From Nemertoderma westbladi (lineage: Eukaryota > Animalia > Xenacoelomorpha): a stretch of DNA of 64,000 nt. The stretch spans positions 2,812 to 66,811 of the forward strand of contig JAUCBJ010001719.1 in NCBI GenBank assembly GCA_032718475.1. Reading direction: 5' to 3'. Positions 48,253 through 61,492 of this stretch are shown in pieces (the stretch's first letter is position 1; every line of letters starts with the position of its first letter). Below the pieces are notes generated by a model. The model was not told the DNA's origin. It made no database searches and was given only the letters and a program-made list of their open reading frames with translations. The position numbers and the translations under genes were made by a program.

Positions 48253-51200
48253 ATGTCTGACTCAAAACGGGCACTGTCAGATAGTCTTTTGAAAGGTGTT
48301 AGAATGAGTCTTCGACTTGGACAGTGTCTTGAAAGGATAGAAGACGGAAAAGAAGGGGAAAGAAAAGTAGCAGCGGCAGAAGCGGAAAGAAAAGCGGCAG
48401 AGGCAGTGGCAGAAGCAGAACAGAAGGCGTCTGAAGCGACTACCCAACTAGAGATTGAAAGCCTTCAGGCGAAACAAGATTACTTGAAAAAACAAACCAG
48501 AAGACAGGGATTTGCCCCCTCCGATGAGGGTGATGTAAGAGATCCTGAAAGTGGAGGTAATAAATCTCGTTCAAGCGGACGTAGAAGAACGCCACACCGT
48601 CGGAGGTTGTCTGATTTCCCTCTTGGGGTGAGAGGGCGAATCTTGTATCATTCATTAGGTAATCTTGAACCCACAGACCAAATTATTACAGTAGAAAGAC
48701 TCCCTACTATAGTAGATGAGCCTGAAATAATTAGGGAGGTGGAGGTTGTCTGATTTCCCTCTTGGGGTGAGAGGGCGAATCTTGTATCATTCATTAGGTA
48801 ATCTTGAACCCACAGACCAAATTATTACAGTAGAAAGACTCCCTACTATAGTAGATAAGCCTGAAATAATTAGGCCTGTTCTCGAAGCCACCCCTTCGGT
48901 GATAGAGACACCTGTACTCCCAGAACCTACCTCTAAATTCCCTTTGCACAGCACGAAACTACCTGTGCCCAGTAGGACTGTTCCCGAGTCCGAACCCATC
49001 CCGGACGCCGAGCGAGATATCAAGAATTTATCGCCCGTCGTCTCTCGCTTGCCCGCTACTACGTTGGCGACTCCCGCTTCGGCGGTCGAGTGGGTAGCTG
49101 AGGGACGACGGGCGATGGGTCTCCTGCTCGGGCAGCTGAGGGAACATTGTAAATGTTCCTCCCAGCAGGTCCGGGAGTTGGAAGGGACTGTTCAGCAGTT
49201 AAAGGGAGCAGTAAGAGAGGGTAGGTTAGCGTTGCAAGAAGTGCAGCAGAGTATCGCGTCAGAACGTGATAAGTTAGTAAATTTACAAAAGGGTATACCA
49301 CCACCCTCTGTAACAATGTGTCAACCTGTTAGGTCTGAAGTATTTCATGCGCAAGGTGTGGAGCCTACACGCATCTATACTGCTAGTGAAGTAGAAACTC
49401 CTATAGTAAACCCTATTAAGGGTAATTATAAACCTGTTGACAGTGATATTCCATATAGACTTGATAATAATCCGCGAAATTTATATACCGATAACTCGAT
49501 ATTAAATAATACGATGGCCCAAGAAAGTTTTACGCGTCAAATGGCTAGAACCGAAGCCCGTCAAGCGGTAAAGATGGGAGAGATCGTCAAGTTCAATGGA
49601 GATGAGATGAAATGGTTACCTTTTAATGAATATTACAAAGATAACATACATAACTCCGTGTTATCTAACGGAGAAAAGCTTAGATTCCTCATCGAGTGCT
49701 TGGAAGGATCTCCCAAGTTAATGGCGTTAAAGTTTATTGGACATCCAGATGGATTAAGACAAGTTTGGGATACATTAAACATCAGGTATGGTAATAGGAA
49801 TAACATAGCTAGGTATTTGTATGCAAGATTAATGGCGCCCCGAAAGTTTCTTAGCAGCGGGATTATAGAGTTTTCCGACGAGATTCAGGAGATCTGTAGA
49901 CAGCTAGATTGGTTAGGTAAGTCTCGTGAATACCAGAATTCTATGGTTGTAGGAGCCTTAGCATCTACTTTGCCCAAGGGTGGAGTAGGTATACGCTGGG
50001 ACAAGAAAGTGTTATATATGATGGAACAACAATGAAGAGACCCTACCATGGCTGATCTCATGTCATTCTTAGATGGAGAGGTAAAATTACAGCTTCTAAA
50101 ACAGTCCAGAGAGAAGACACCGGAAAATAAGGTAAGTGAGAAACCCGTTTCTAGGAGAAAGGTAATACCAGTGTGTTATACAGACGACGGCGAAAGCCAG
50201 GCTTCTCAAGAGGAAGACAGCGGGAAAGACACTGAAAGATCTTACTATGACAACACAACGCCTAAGGACGTAAGTAAATTCAAGTCTCGAACCAATGACA
50301 GGAGAGAACAGGTAAGAAAAACTCCTCCCACGTCTCCTAAAAGAATTCACGGAAGAAAGCCCGAGGAAAGAACGAGCGTGCACCACACAGCACATGTTAA
50401 AGTAAGTAACATCAAGCCCAAATGTGTGTTGTGCGACGGGCCCCACCGTTTAAATGTGTGTAATGAATTCCTAAAGAAATCATTAAAGGATAGACGTGAA
50501 GTCATGTGGGATAAGCGGTTGTGTTATAATTGTCTCAGACGAGGACACCAATGGCGAACCTGTTACTCCGACGCAAGGTGTGCGAAGTGCGGCGCGAAAC
50601 ATCATATTTTGTTGCACAGCGAATTCGAAAGAAACAGCCTGAGTCAGGTAAGTGAGTCCGAACTACATGTCCAATTCAGTGATGTGAACGACACTGACCA
50701 AAGTTCTGAGATGGAAGGATTCTATACGGACGAATTCTCCGACCAAAGTTCTGAAATGGAAGGATTCTATACGGACGAATTCTCAGACGAAAACGAATCC
50801 TGTTACTTAATAAATTCCGCAGTGTATCGAGCACTTACGTATGAGAAGGAAACCGACAGTGAGCTCCCCCTAACTACTTCTGATCGACAACCATCTTGGA
50901 AAGCGCCAACTTCCAATGTAGGAATCCGAGAATTTCCTGTAGTACAGTTAAGGGTCCACGGACCTAAAAGGAGTTATATAGTGAATGCCCTCCTTGACTC
51001 CGGTAGCACAGGAACATTCATCGACAAAGAACTAGCCGAGGACATCTTTGCTGGACAACCCAAGTTCCGAACTAAGTTAAACATGTCAGGAATTATGCAG
51101 GTTTGAAAATCTACATTAATAGCGGATTATTATGTAGGTGCGTTGTCCACCCCCCAGGATGGACTAGGAGAACACAGCATAAGGTCAGTAAAAATGGTGG

Positions 51201-51897
51201 CGATAAAGAACTTCGCTACCAGCCAAGTAGAACCTTATAACTGGGATGAGGACGATTCCACCCAGCAGCTTAATATACCTAGATTCAACACAGATTACCC
51301 TGGAGTGCAAATACTCATCGGCCAAAATGCGCATGAGGCGCTTGAGACATTGGAGAAACGGCCTGCTCAACCGCAACCGCTACAAGCCTATGCGGGAAGA
51401 ACTAGAGTAGGTTGGTACCTTACTGGCCCTTCCCGTAGAACTCTCATAGAAAGGTCACCAAAAGAACGGGTATACCAAGTAAGCGAATGGGAAGCGGAGA
51501 GCAGTGAGGTAGACGACCCAACTGAGGGAACACCATACTCCTCAGATAATGACGATATTAACTCCAATGTAGATCAATGGAGACATTGCCCCGAGACGAT
51601 TAATCTAGCCGGCATCGCTTACAGAGGAGCAACTCCTTAAGAACTGACAGATACTCCAGACCAGTTAGGTGGACCCGACTTCCTAAATAAAGAAGATGAA
51701 TGGCCTCCTCATCTTACCCCGGCGAAGATTAGACAGGCCAAGGGAGCGGAGAAAGTAACACAACCACTCAATCGCCCAGCTGGTCGTTTATGTTTACTGG
51801 AAAGAGACCGAAAACTGTCCGGAAACTATGGAAGGCAAGATACTCTTCCCACGACCACCTCCCTAATCCAACAAATATCTAGGGACACCATAACGTA
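48253..51897 (+). pseudogene. gag-protease of BEL copy 2 with pol remnants
   Basis: Three BEL-type zinc knuckles (CVLCDGPHRLNVC, CYNCLRRGHQWRTC, CAKCGAKHHILLH), ALLDSGS; deletion junctions near 51565 and 51756; internal 139-bp and 45-bp duplications. Confidence 0.93.
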
Positions 51898-53540
51898 ACA
51901 ACATACGGAGTGGGTGTGTGACTATATTATTTTATATTTATTTTTATTATTTTATATTATGTATGTATTATTGTGTAATTTTATTATAATCGTTTTCTTT
52001 AATTTCATTTAGTAGAATGTTATTTTAGCGATTATTTAGTAGATTAGTGCAATATATTAGCGTTTATTACTTAATTACCTGTATATTATATATTTAGTGC
52101 GACGGCGAGAAATAATTCTTTTTCTCATTCCTTACTGTCCGTATTACATTATAAATACGTGACTACAGTAAGATGAAATCTCCGTACTTATTAAAGTACA
52201 ATAAAGCTCCTACTATATTTAAGTATTATTGGTAGGCAGAGTATTAGGAATGCAAAGTTCAGATCCTCGTGTCTCGGCTAAACCAAGCTCTGGGTAGACC
52301 TTGGAAACGACTTGCCTCTTCACACTGACATTGCTTCGTGCGATATTGCTCTCATACCGTATATTAAATAATACATATAGTAGCGTGATGTCCCTTTAAC
52401 AGTAGCGTAAAACGCAAAATAAATCTGTTAAACCCTTTGACCATCTGCAATTCTAGTCGATTAAGATATCGCGGCACCCACCGATATACTTGAAAGACAA
52501 AATTCTAGAATCAGTGGTTAACGTCCCCAGACAAGTTCTGGAATAAACTGGTGCCCATCCTAAATATTAATTATTAATATTTACAAAATCTGTCAAATTT
52601 TAGATCCTTTAAAATTCTAGTCGATTAAGATATCGTAGCACTTACCGATACTCTTAAAAGGACACATCCCTAGAATCAAGGATCCCAGTCCCCAGACTTG
52701 TTCTGGAATAAAATTGTGTCTGTTTAATATTAAATAATAAAATTACGGGAATAAATTTAAATTCATCTTTTAATGAATTTGATAAATTGTTATTTTATAC
52801 AATTTATAATATTCCCAAAATCCCATTAATTAATAGATCATGGGAGCGGAGATTCACCTATTAAGTGTATTAGTGCGCGAGAATCTCCAATATAGAGTCA
52901 ATAGCCGATAAAATTCATAAAATCATATATAAAGATGATATTGACCATTAAAGACTTACTATTAAATAGCATCCCAGATCTGTATGCATGGGAATTACCC
53001 TAATTCTACCGCTAGCTTTCCATAATGTCACCATAGCAACAACCACGCTAGAATTAGAAGCGAGTTAACAGAACAATAAAAAGCTTGCTCATTGACTAGC
53101 ATACGGAATAAATAGCACACCGCTAGTATCCAAGGATACATAATAACAACATGACATTCTGGAAGGCACTTGACTAACGGACAAATGACCCGAATGTGTG
53201 ATAGAATGTGTACCATTTGTGACAGTTACGTGGAATTTGTGCGTTTGTAGGTGAATGTTACTACTAAGGTGTGTTTACAGTAGCGATTCGCAATTGTGAA
53301 AGTAGCCCTAACTCTCCAGTAAGAACCTGAAGTATATCTAAGCCTTTGGGACGGACAGTGGAGTGACTCGTGCTGGTTGTTGTAGTCGTTGTGCAGCTAC
53401 GAAGTTGGCGATAGGCACATCGGCGAAAGTACACCAGCGCTGAGGATCTCGCACTGTCCGGGGGCAGAGAGGGGTAGGCAGCGACACCCGCTCGCCTAAA
53501 TATAAACTCATTATAATATGGATAAACTTATATAGCAGAT

Positions 53541-55061
53541 ATGATTGAGTTGATAGAAGATGATCTTGGTATCAGGGAGCGATATACTCTACCTTTACAA
53601 GCGTTTGTTGAAAGCTTGATACGCTGCGACGCTGGTCCAACTACTACGGAGGACGATGGTCGTTATATCTAACCGCCAATGTCCCGGGAGCAACTTGCGT
53701 GTGGGTTGGACTGTAGAAAATTCACCGCTCGCTATACGCATCGTAATGGTACGTATATGGACTTCTTAACTACTGGTCATCCTATCGACCTACACGATAC
53801 GAACGATATAGACACCAAAAGGGAAATGGTTTATTTAAATATCATACCCAGCGGAAGCGGAACGATAAACTGAGACTCGAACACGAAAATTCTATTCGAA
53901 ACCGACTCGAAAGTGCAGATGTTGAAGAGCCGGATAAACGCAGCGACTTCACCAAAATATCTGGAATTCTTGAGAGAAACATATCTCGATATTACCAGTC
54001 AACAGAATCTAGAAACTCGATATCCTCAAGGTATACATCATGACCGCATGGTAGAACTCAAACGGCTCTATTCCACTATGATGTATCTTACCGCCGATCG
54101 ATCGCTACCTGTTGTACCGGATAGCTTCGAACAGATGGAGGAATATTGTAAGCTGGAGAAAGATCACTCGCGTTTCCCCTACAAGACGTGCGTCTTTGGT
54201 ATTATTGCGATGAATGCCCTAGACCCAACCAACAAACGGAAAGACCTAAACATCCGCGGAGACGTTGCACTAAACACGGTTTTACTCGCTATACTGGCGG
54301 GAGTTTCGAGCGAAATTTGTTTGACGTATCACCTACGCTCGTTCGACTCAGACGATCCTTAAATAAACCAATGATCAGAGTTTCGGAATACTCGATCAGA
54401 CCTCCTCATTCCCTAGTGAGACCTCAGACTCTTGATCCTATTAGTATGACGGATCCTCCCGAGCTGTACTCACTGTTCAAAGATCTAGTGTTACCTGAAC
54501 AATTAGTCGGTGGCACCCCGGTTGTGGGCTTCCTAGATATTAGCCCATCCTACCTAGCCGGATTGGGACGCGGACATTTAATATCACCGTTTAACCCTTA
54601 CCATCGTCCCGGCTTAACACGATATAACCTGTCACCAAAGTGGCGGAGAGCGTTGTACCCAATGAGTTGGACGCTATTCTACAAAGATCAGAAAAGAACT
54701 TACGCTTGTTCAGATAAACGTAAATTGCACTAGCAAGTCCAAGCCGTAAACAAAGTAACTTTATCTCAGTTCGATTGGGAAATCCAGAATCTCTAAGAAG
54801 TTATCGAACTTGGACGACCCTATTCTCTGCGAGAGTTTTGGATGAACGTATCCAGCTACAAGCGGAGGAAAATCAGCTCGAGGAGAAGCATATCGAAACG
54901 GCGGATACCCCAACCATAATCCTACACCTTCTGATACAATCATATTGCACCCTTCACCCAGGAGTTATAGCCCTCCTAGTAAAGTGGCTCCCCCCAAAGA
55001 GAAAAGGACTCTTGCTAGCTCTAAAAAACTGCGTAAACGCCGTCCACGCAAGACAGACTAA
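53541..55061 (+). pseudogene. Accessory ORF of BEL copy 2
   Basis: MIELIEDDLGIRERYTLPLQAFVESLIR..., homologous to copy 1 with different frameshifts. Confidence 0.8.
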
Positions 55062-55139
55062 CTGTTTAGAGTATTTTTATATTTTAGAAACTGTGATTTT
55101 TTATATTTTATAGAATTAAATCCCATTTTCTGGGAGCGG

Positions 55140-56290
55140 TGTAAAAGCTTTTGTGGGATATAACTGGCCCTTTTGCTTCGCAATCCAGTTTCCCTTAATG
55201 CGCTCAAATACTCTAAAGAAAAACTCCCTAACTCAAATGATGCAAGCTACCGGCTGATTGGCTGATTTGCTGTACGTATGGCCTCTTTGTTCTGTTCGAT
55301 CAACCAACCAGAGCAAGGTCAACCAAGCAGAGTGATTCATCCTGTGTGTTGGCCAAGGGCTGCAAAAACCCGAATAGTTCGGCATTTAGACATTCGTGGA
55401 ATCTGTGGAATATGGAGCTCTGCCAATGAGAGCTTTTCCTCTTTGTGCTGAAAGCTACCTGCAACAGCTCACAGGGTTCAGTGTGTTGGTTTTTCCAGAG
55501 CCTAGAACATCGGCTATGGAGTTATTCTGAATTATTCCAACATTAGAACGACTTTAATTATAAGAACACATAACTGTTACCGTACGGTACCTACTGCTGT
55601 ATTGCACATTATTTACTGCGATTTACTGTTTGTTATTAATTGTATCAGTTGTTTACATATTGTTATTTGGAGAATAACGATAAACGATCAGAAACCCCGA
55701 TCTTCTTGATACACTAAGGTTAGAGAGACCGGTTACATATAGCAATTGCGACTTATATTATCGTGGTTTGTAGTGAATTGAATGCTATTTTATAGGCCCT
55801 ACAAATGTCGGTTGCTATTCTCTTTATATATGATTAAAATCATTGACTATCGGCAATTCAGTGTGCAGCGGTGTGCAATAGTCTGTATGTGCTTGTCCGT
55901 GTAACAAAGCATCTCCTAAAGAATGCGCCTTATGTGTAACTTATAATCCATTCCGTTGTGTTTAGTGTAAGCCATAGCTCTGTTTATATAGATAGAGCGC
56001 CACGTCCTAAAGGAACTGCTAATATTTCCCGAAAGTGAATGATATTTGTCAGAGATTATATATTAACGATCAATCGAATAGTACGGTAGGCCTGCACCGC
56101 AATCAAATTAAAGCATCCGAATCCAGTCTCCCGGGTATATCCAGCGGGTGAATGGTCGTGCATAGACTGGCTTCGGCTAATGTTGGATTTATTTGTGTCA
56201 AATACTTGTCATAGGCTAAAGTCGATTTATAACCTAGAAGACATATAGATTTGGCGGGTTAAACTGCCAAAGGTCTTAAAAGCGCGAACA
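55140..56290 (+). repeat. 3' LTR of BEL copy 2
   Basis: Preceded by GGGAGCGG, followed by TSD CACTG. Confidence 0.97.
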
Positions 56291-56295
56291 CACTG

Positions 56296-56500
56296 ATACG
56301 TTTCTATGTCACATGACCCATGTCCTCGCCAGCCCATAAGATGCAATAGGGTCGAAACATAACTGTTTGGCCAACCAGCAGATCCGACCAATCAGGCACG
56401 AGCTATGGCTAATCAGATTTCAGAAAGTTCCGATCCCGATTTGCATAATGTCTGGCTATAAAAGGGCCTGTTTTGTCACTTTCCTCACCTTCTTGCACCT
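56296..56500 (+). promoter_or_regulatory. LTR-like promoter of an older element split by copy 2
   Basis: CCAATCA, octamer ATTTGCAT, TATAAAAG; GATACGTTTCTAT repeat shared with the left flank near 44741. Confidence 0.4.
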
Positions 56501-57173
56501 TCACCCTCTGCTTGCGAAAGCCCCTGACTTTTACAACAGTTAAAGTTCTTATATTTTTAGCAGCATTTTTATCTGTAAATAGTATTTCTGTATTTCTGCA
56601 ATTTCTGTGATATATTTTAACTTCTAACTCATTCTAATGATATAATAATGTTCCGGAAGTTCTCAGAGATCTCTAATTGTTTTACCTCAACTTCCCTTCC
56701 CAGATACAGTTCACTTCATTGAACACTTCAACGGGAGGTGTCGAATAGCCGTCTCACTTGGTAATACCCGACGGAACAGGTGCAGTCTCACTCTCTCTCT
56801 CTCTCGCTCTCTCTCTCTCTCACAACTCTGCGCCGTTCCTCACAGCTGTACGTAGCCTATGTAAAGGGCCTTGTTTAATAAACCAATGAAGTTAACAGCC
56901 TGATTTGTTACTGTCATGTAATCGTTAGTATCAACCTTTAGTTTAGAAGTGTATCTGAATACAGGTGACTGTAGTCACAGGGCTTCCACCGACAGGGGTG
57001 TCTTCACGTACAGTATGTGTGTATTATTTAGAAAATAAAGCATTAAAAACACACGGGTGATGATTTTTTTTTAATATATTTAGAAAACAATAAAATAATT
57101 ATCTGAAATGTCGATGATATAGGAAATGGCCGGTCATTAATAGAAATTGCTATTGCTATGCAGCATTAGCTAA

Positions 57174-57330
57174 AGGCCCGTTAACACTCACCGGTGCGAG
57201 AGCTGTTCACTACCGTTGACAGGTAGTTTAGGCCCACTGGAATACCGCAGAGTCGTTCACACTCAGCGGTGTACCGCTGGCCCTGCGGTACACCGCGCGG
57301 TGAACCGTTCCTTTGGATGTAAACAGGCCT
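57174..57330. mobile_element. PIF/Harbinger-like MITE
   Basis: AGGCCCGTTAACAC ... TGTAAACAGGCCT flanked by TAA. Confidence 0.6.
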
Positions 57331-57608
57331 TAAGTCAAGCCAATTCAAATGGTATTTACGTGTGGTATTTTCGCGAGCCAAATATTGGCCATATGGTAAA
57401 TAGCTGTAATGCAATTGCTAATAATAGCGATTGCTAGTTTTCTAATGGAAGAATGTTGTTTGCAAACCTCAATATTATGCATTACCGATATTCATACAAC
57501 CACTATGTGTTATATATTATATAATATATGAAATAATAAACAAATTACTATTGCTAATCTACACGTTTCGGAATGGCGCCAATAGGATTAACTAATTGCC
57601 AATTATAT

Positions 57609-58292
57609 TTACGGTGCTAGAATGCTAAGGCTGTAATCTATAACTCCATCGTCGTAAACGGCTTCCCACGTGGTCTGAACTCTCGCTGTCTCCAACAACT
57701 TCACCCACTGATCTCTTGTCCATTTCGATGTAGTATTTATTTCCCCCAATCGAACTGTATTTCCCTTACGAAAACCTATCTCAAGGCCTATGTTACTGAA
57801 ATGGACATCAATATCTTTTTTAACTACGAAATATGTAGAGACATAGTTCAACTCCGATGTTTCAACAAACTTTACTTTTCTTTCGAAGTTGCGAGTGTCT
57901 AAGTCGCACCCAAACTCTTCATTTAGTCTGTTAACCCAGTTGTATGTGAACCTTTAATCCGCCCCCCCTTTCTCCCCGTAAGCCTCGAGTAGTCGTTTTT
58001 CGGATTGGGTTTTATCCGCTCCAATCAGCATCCGACCCCCGGTACCGATATTATGAAACATTCGGGAAATAAACTCACCCTGATCGCGATACTTTAAACC
58101 ACCTAGAGAACTCCCAAGAAACATAACTAAACTCATCAGCGGGCGAGACATCACGGAGACTATTCGTCCATACTCCTTCAAACACGAGGAATATTCTCCT
58201 TGGATCGTAGATATTTGAAAATTTTTATCGCCGTACTTGTTGAGCAAATATGCTTTCCCATCATCCAATGCATCATGACTGATGTCCAACGT
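57609..58292 (-). pseudogene. EgtD-like histidine-specific SAM-dependent methyltransferase (Methyltransf_33 family), C-terminal part
   Basis: One frame with a single in-frame stop: LDISHDAL, FLGSSLGGL, LIGADKTQSEKRLLEAY, F..NWVNRLNEEFGCDLD..NF, SKWT; 5' part cut off by the copy 3 LTR. Confidence 0.78.
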
Positions 58293-59519
58293 TGTAAAAG
58301 CCTTTGCTGAATTGCCCCGTTATTTTTATTATCTTTTACATTAAAATACTCTGTAGTTGATTTAATAAGTGTAAGAGACCGTATTATTGCTGTATCGGTG
58401 TTTTTAGAGGATCTAAGACCTATTTCCTCCGTATGTGTACTGTGAAAGGCATATTTTATGATTCTATGGCAATTCGTGACGCAAAGGGGTGATAGCTACT
58501 CTTGAACAGTAGTTACTATGACTACGGTTAACAGCTGACATTCATACGTGTTGATTTCCTTTGTTCTACGGCGTCTCTCAGTTCAGTCAGCCAATTAGAG
58601 CGTTTTTGTGGCTCCTTGTACAGAAAATTTCCGAGAAATGACGCAATGCCTATGTGCAGTGTTTACATTCAGTCCTGAGCCAAAGAAAGAACGGCTTGGA
58701 AGTATTTTGTGCTTTACTGTTTTTAGTCTTACACTAGTAGGTTTAATTACAAGGACATATATCCTTTAACTACCTGACTCATGGAATCACTGCTGACTGA
58801 TCATACATGCTGACTGCTGAAACATTGCAAACTCATAACAATCAGTGTTTTCATTGTTGTTTTATACTGCTATTTACTGTCAGTTCTTCATAATATGGTT
58901 GATGAATTATTATATTTGGAATAACGATAAATAACCCCGAAACCCAATATTCTTGATATACCGAAGGTAAGAGAGAAAGGTTACCAATAACGATTGTGAC
59001 TTATGTTAAAGTGGTTTGAAGTGAATCCAATGTTATTTGATAGACCCTACATGAGTCAGCCTGTGTTCCTTTTATATGTGACTAAAATCAGTGAAGATTG
59101 GCAGATTAGTGTGCAGCATTGTGTATGAGTGAGTCTGTTAAAGAAGCAATTCCTAAAGAATGCGCCATATATGTGAATTATAATTAAGCCATATCGTTGT
59201 GAGTAGTTTAAGTCATAACTCTGTTTATATAGATAAAGCGCCACGTCCTAAAGGAACTGTTAATATTCCCGAAGGTGAATAATATTGTCAGAGATTATAT
59301 AATACTGTCAGTCGAATAATACATTAGGCTTACATAGCAATAAAATTAAACCGTCGAACCCAATCTCCCGGGAATCTCCAGCGGGTGAATGGTCGCGCAC
59401 GGATTGGTTTCGACTAGTGTAGTGAATCAAATACTTGTCAAAGACTAAAAACTGATTTAATATCTAGAAGACATCTTAATTTGGTGGGTTAAACTGCCAA
59501 AGGTCTGAAAGCGCGAACA
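58293..59519 (+). repeat. 5' LTR of BEL copy 3
   Basis: TGTAAAAGCC...GCGCGAACA, homologous to the other LTRs especially in the 3' half. Confidence 0.92.
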
Positions 59520-59531
59520 TTAAAGGATATA
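59520..59531 (+). promoter_or_regulatory. Non-tRNA primer-binding site, complementary to own LTR 58758-58769
   Basis: TTAAAGGATATA is the exact reverse complement of TATATCCTTTAA. Confidence 0.85.
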
Positions 59532-61492
59532 GCTTCTTTGTTGCAGTAAGCAATAAAGTTGAAAGTACCGGTCAACCGGTAAACCTGAACGGTACATCTG
59601 TAGGTCAGTAGGCCCAACAGCTAGAACCGGTACTGCCGTATAAGTACACTAGTATTATTCGATTTGATTGTTGCATACCGGTAGGCTGTTTAAGGGATTA
59701 GGGATTGATCACCCCTTATACCTTTATATGGTTTACTTATTTCTGTCAAGTTTTATTTATTTGTAGGCCAGTATTGAACAGAAGGCGTGTAAGCCTGATC
59801 AGATAGTACAGACGATTTGTAGGCTGAGCTGTTGTCTGATTGCTGTTAAGTCCGAACGAATTGCAGTGTGTGTAGATCACCTACTAGATAATTTGTAGGC
59901 TGGATAGTTGTCTGGCTGTTATTAGGTCTGAACGGATTGCCGCGTGTGTAGATCATCTGTCCGATTAAGTACGATTAGGCAGTAGGGGCAGCGAACGCTG
60001 TAAGGTAATCCCCCAACTAAAGAATAAGTCGCACTACTGGGTTAGAGCGCATACTCCCTAATCATTTCGGAGTCTGCATATACCGTAGTTTGTTTAGGCT
60101 TGATAGTAGTCTGTCAGTGTTCGGTCTGTATTTTGTTTGAGTAGTTTGTACGCGTAGCGTAATATTTATTATTCAGAGTTTATGCGATTATCCGCAACAT
60201 TCATTCCCCAAGTTTGTTCCTACAGTAATTGTGTTTGTTATACATACCGCTATAGTTAAATTAACCCCGGTACTACACGGGCTGCTTGGCGTAGGTAAAG
60301 ACTGGTGATTTTGTGCATCGGTCACTCCAGCAGATGCCGTGGTTCTTTTAGCTGTTCAAGTATATTTAACTACTGATTGTCTGTTATATAAGTACTCGTA
60401 CCTAATTTAGGGTTTAGTGTACAGTACTTTCCGAAGTAATTATTGTAGACATTATATTTGTGTTGTAAAGTGGTTGATAGGCACATTCGATTAGCTCTAT
60501 TAACTTCTAGGTAGGAACACTCCGTGATACATAACGTAGAACCTATAGCGATACGGCTATAGGTCGTCAGGCGGTGGTATTTTCCTATCTAGACAACGCA
60601 GTGTATTTACTACTACTTATTATTTCAAATACCGTAGTACTCTGGCCGTTGTAATAACCAGTTTTCTAACCCTTTGTTAGGCTGGTTTGTAGACTTCTTG
60701 TAAAATTACCCTAAAAATTCGTATTTGTGTTTTTGTAAATTTTTGTGTTTATTTAGAGATTGTAATCTCAACCCGAATTGTACGTAATTCGTAGTATTAA
60801 GTAACTTAGGTAAATTAGAATTATTTGTTTTAGTGTCCTATACGTAACACTTCACTGAAAGCGCACCGCTTTGTGTAGTGATTACTCCCCAGAAATAATA
60901 ACATTTATTTCAAACATAGACAAAACCCATTAAAACGGGTATATATATTATAAATCAAATCTAACGATTTATAAATAGTAGGCCTACCATATAACAATTA
61001 GGTCTCAATATCAGTTGGACTACTGCTTAAATAACGGTAATAAAGTAAGTTAAAGTAACCAAGTAACCCTACAGTTCAGAAATTCAATTATTCTAAAATA
61101 ATTGATATACCGGTATTTACGATAGGCCTATTATAATATTTATATTTGTGCTGAAAGCATACCGGTATTCTGTAATTAATTCAGTTAATAATTATACTTA
61201 TATATACACTATAAACTGTAAGCTGTGTACCGGTATTCCCGATAGGCCTATTATATATTTAGATATATTTGTGCTAAATTTATACCGGTATTCTGTGATA
61301 AACCTAGTCTGTAATAATACTTATATAGTTATATATACTATAAGTATACCGGTATTCTAATATATTATATATATACTACGCTACATTGAGTAGCAGTACC
61401 GGTAATTAATTATTAGGCTAGCAGTTAATACTGAGTTACTAGACTTGCTCAAACTGTAATATAGCAGTAGACATTCAACGGTATACATAGTC

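Larger units (their letters stand above)
44819..56290 (+). mobile_element. BEL/Pao LTR retrotransposon copy 2, complete but non-autonomous
   Basis: Two 1151-bp LTRs, 5-bp TSD CACTG (44814-44818, 56291-56295); RT, RNase H and integrase core deleted. Confidence 0.97.

Noticed and set aside
53541-55061. Envelope gene
   Set aside because: No signal peptide, transmembrane segment or Cys-rich ectodomain visible.
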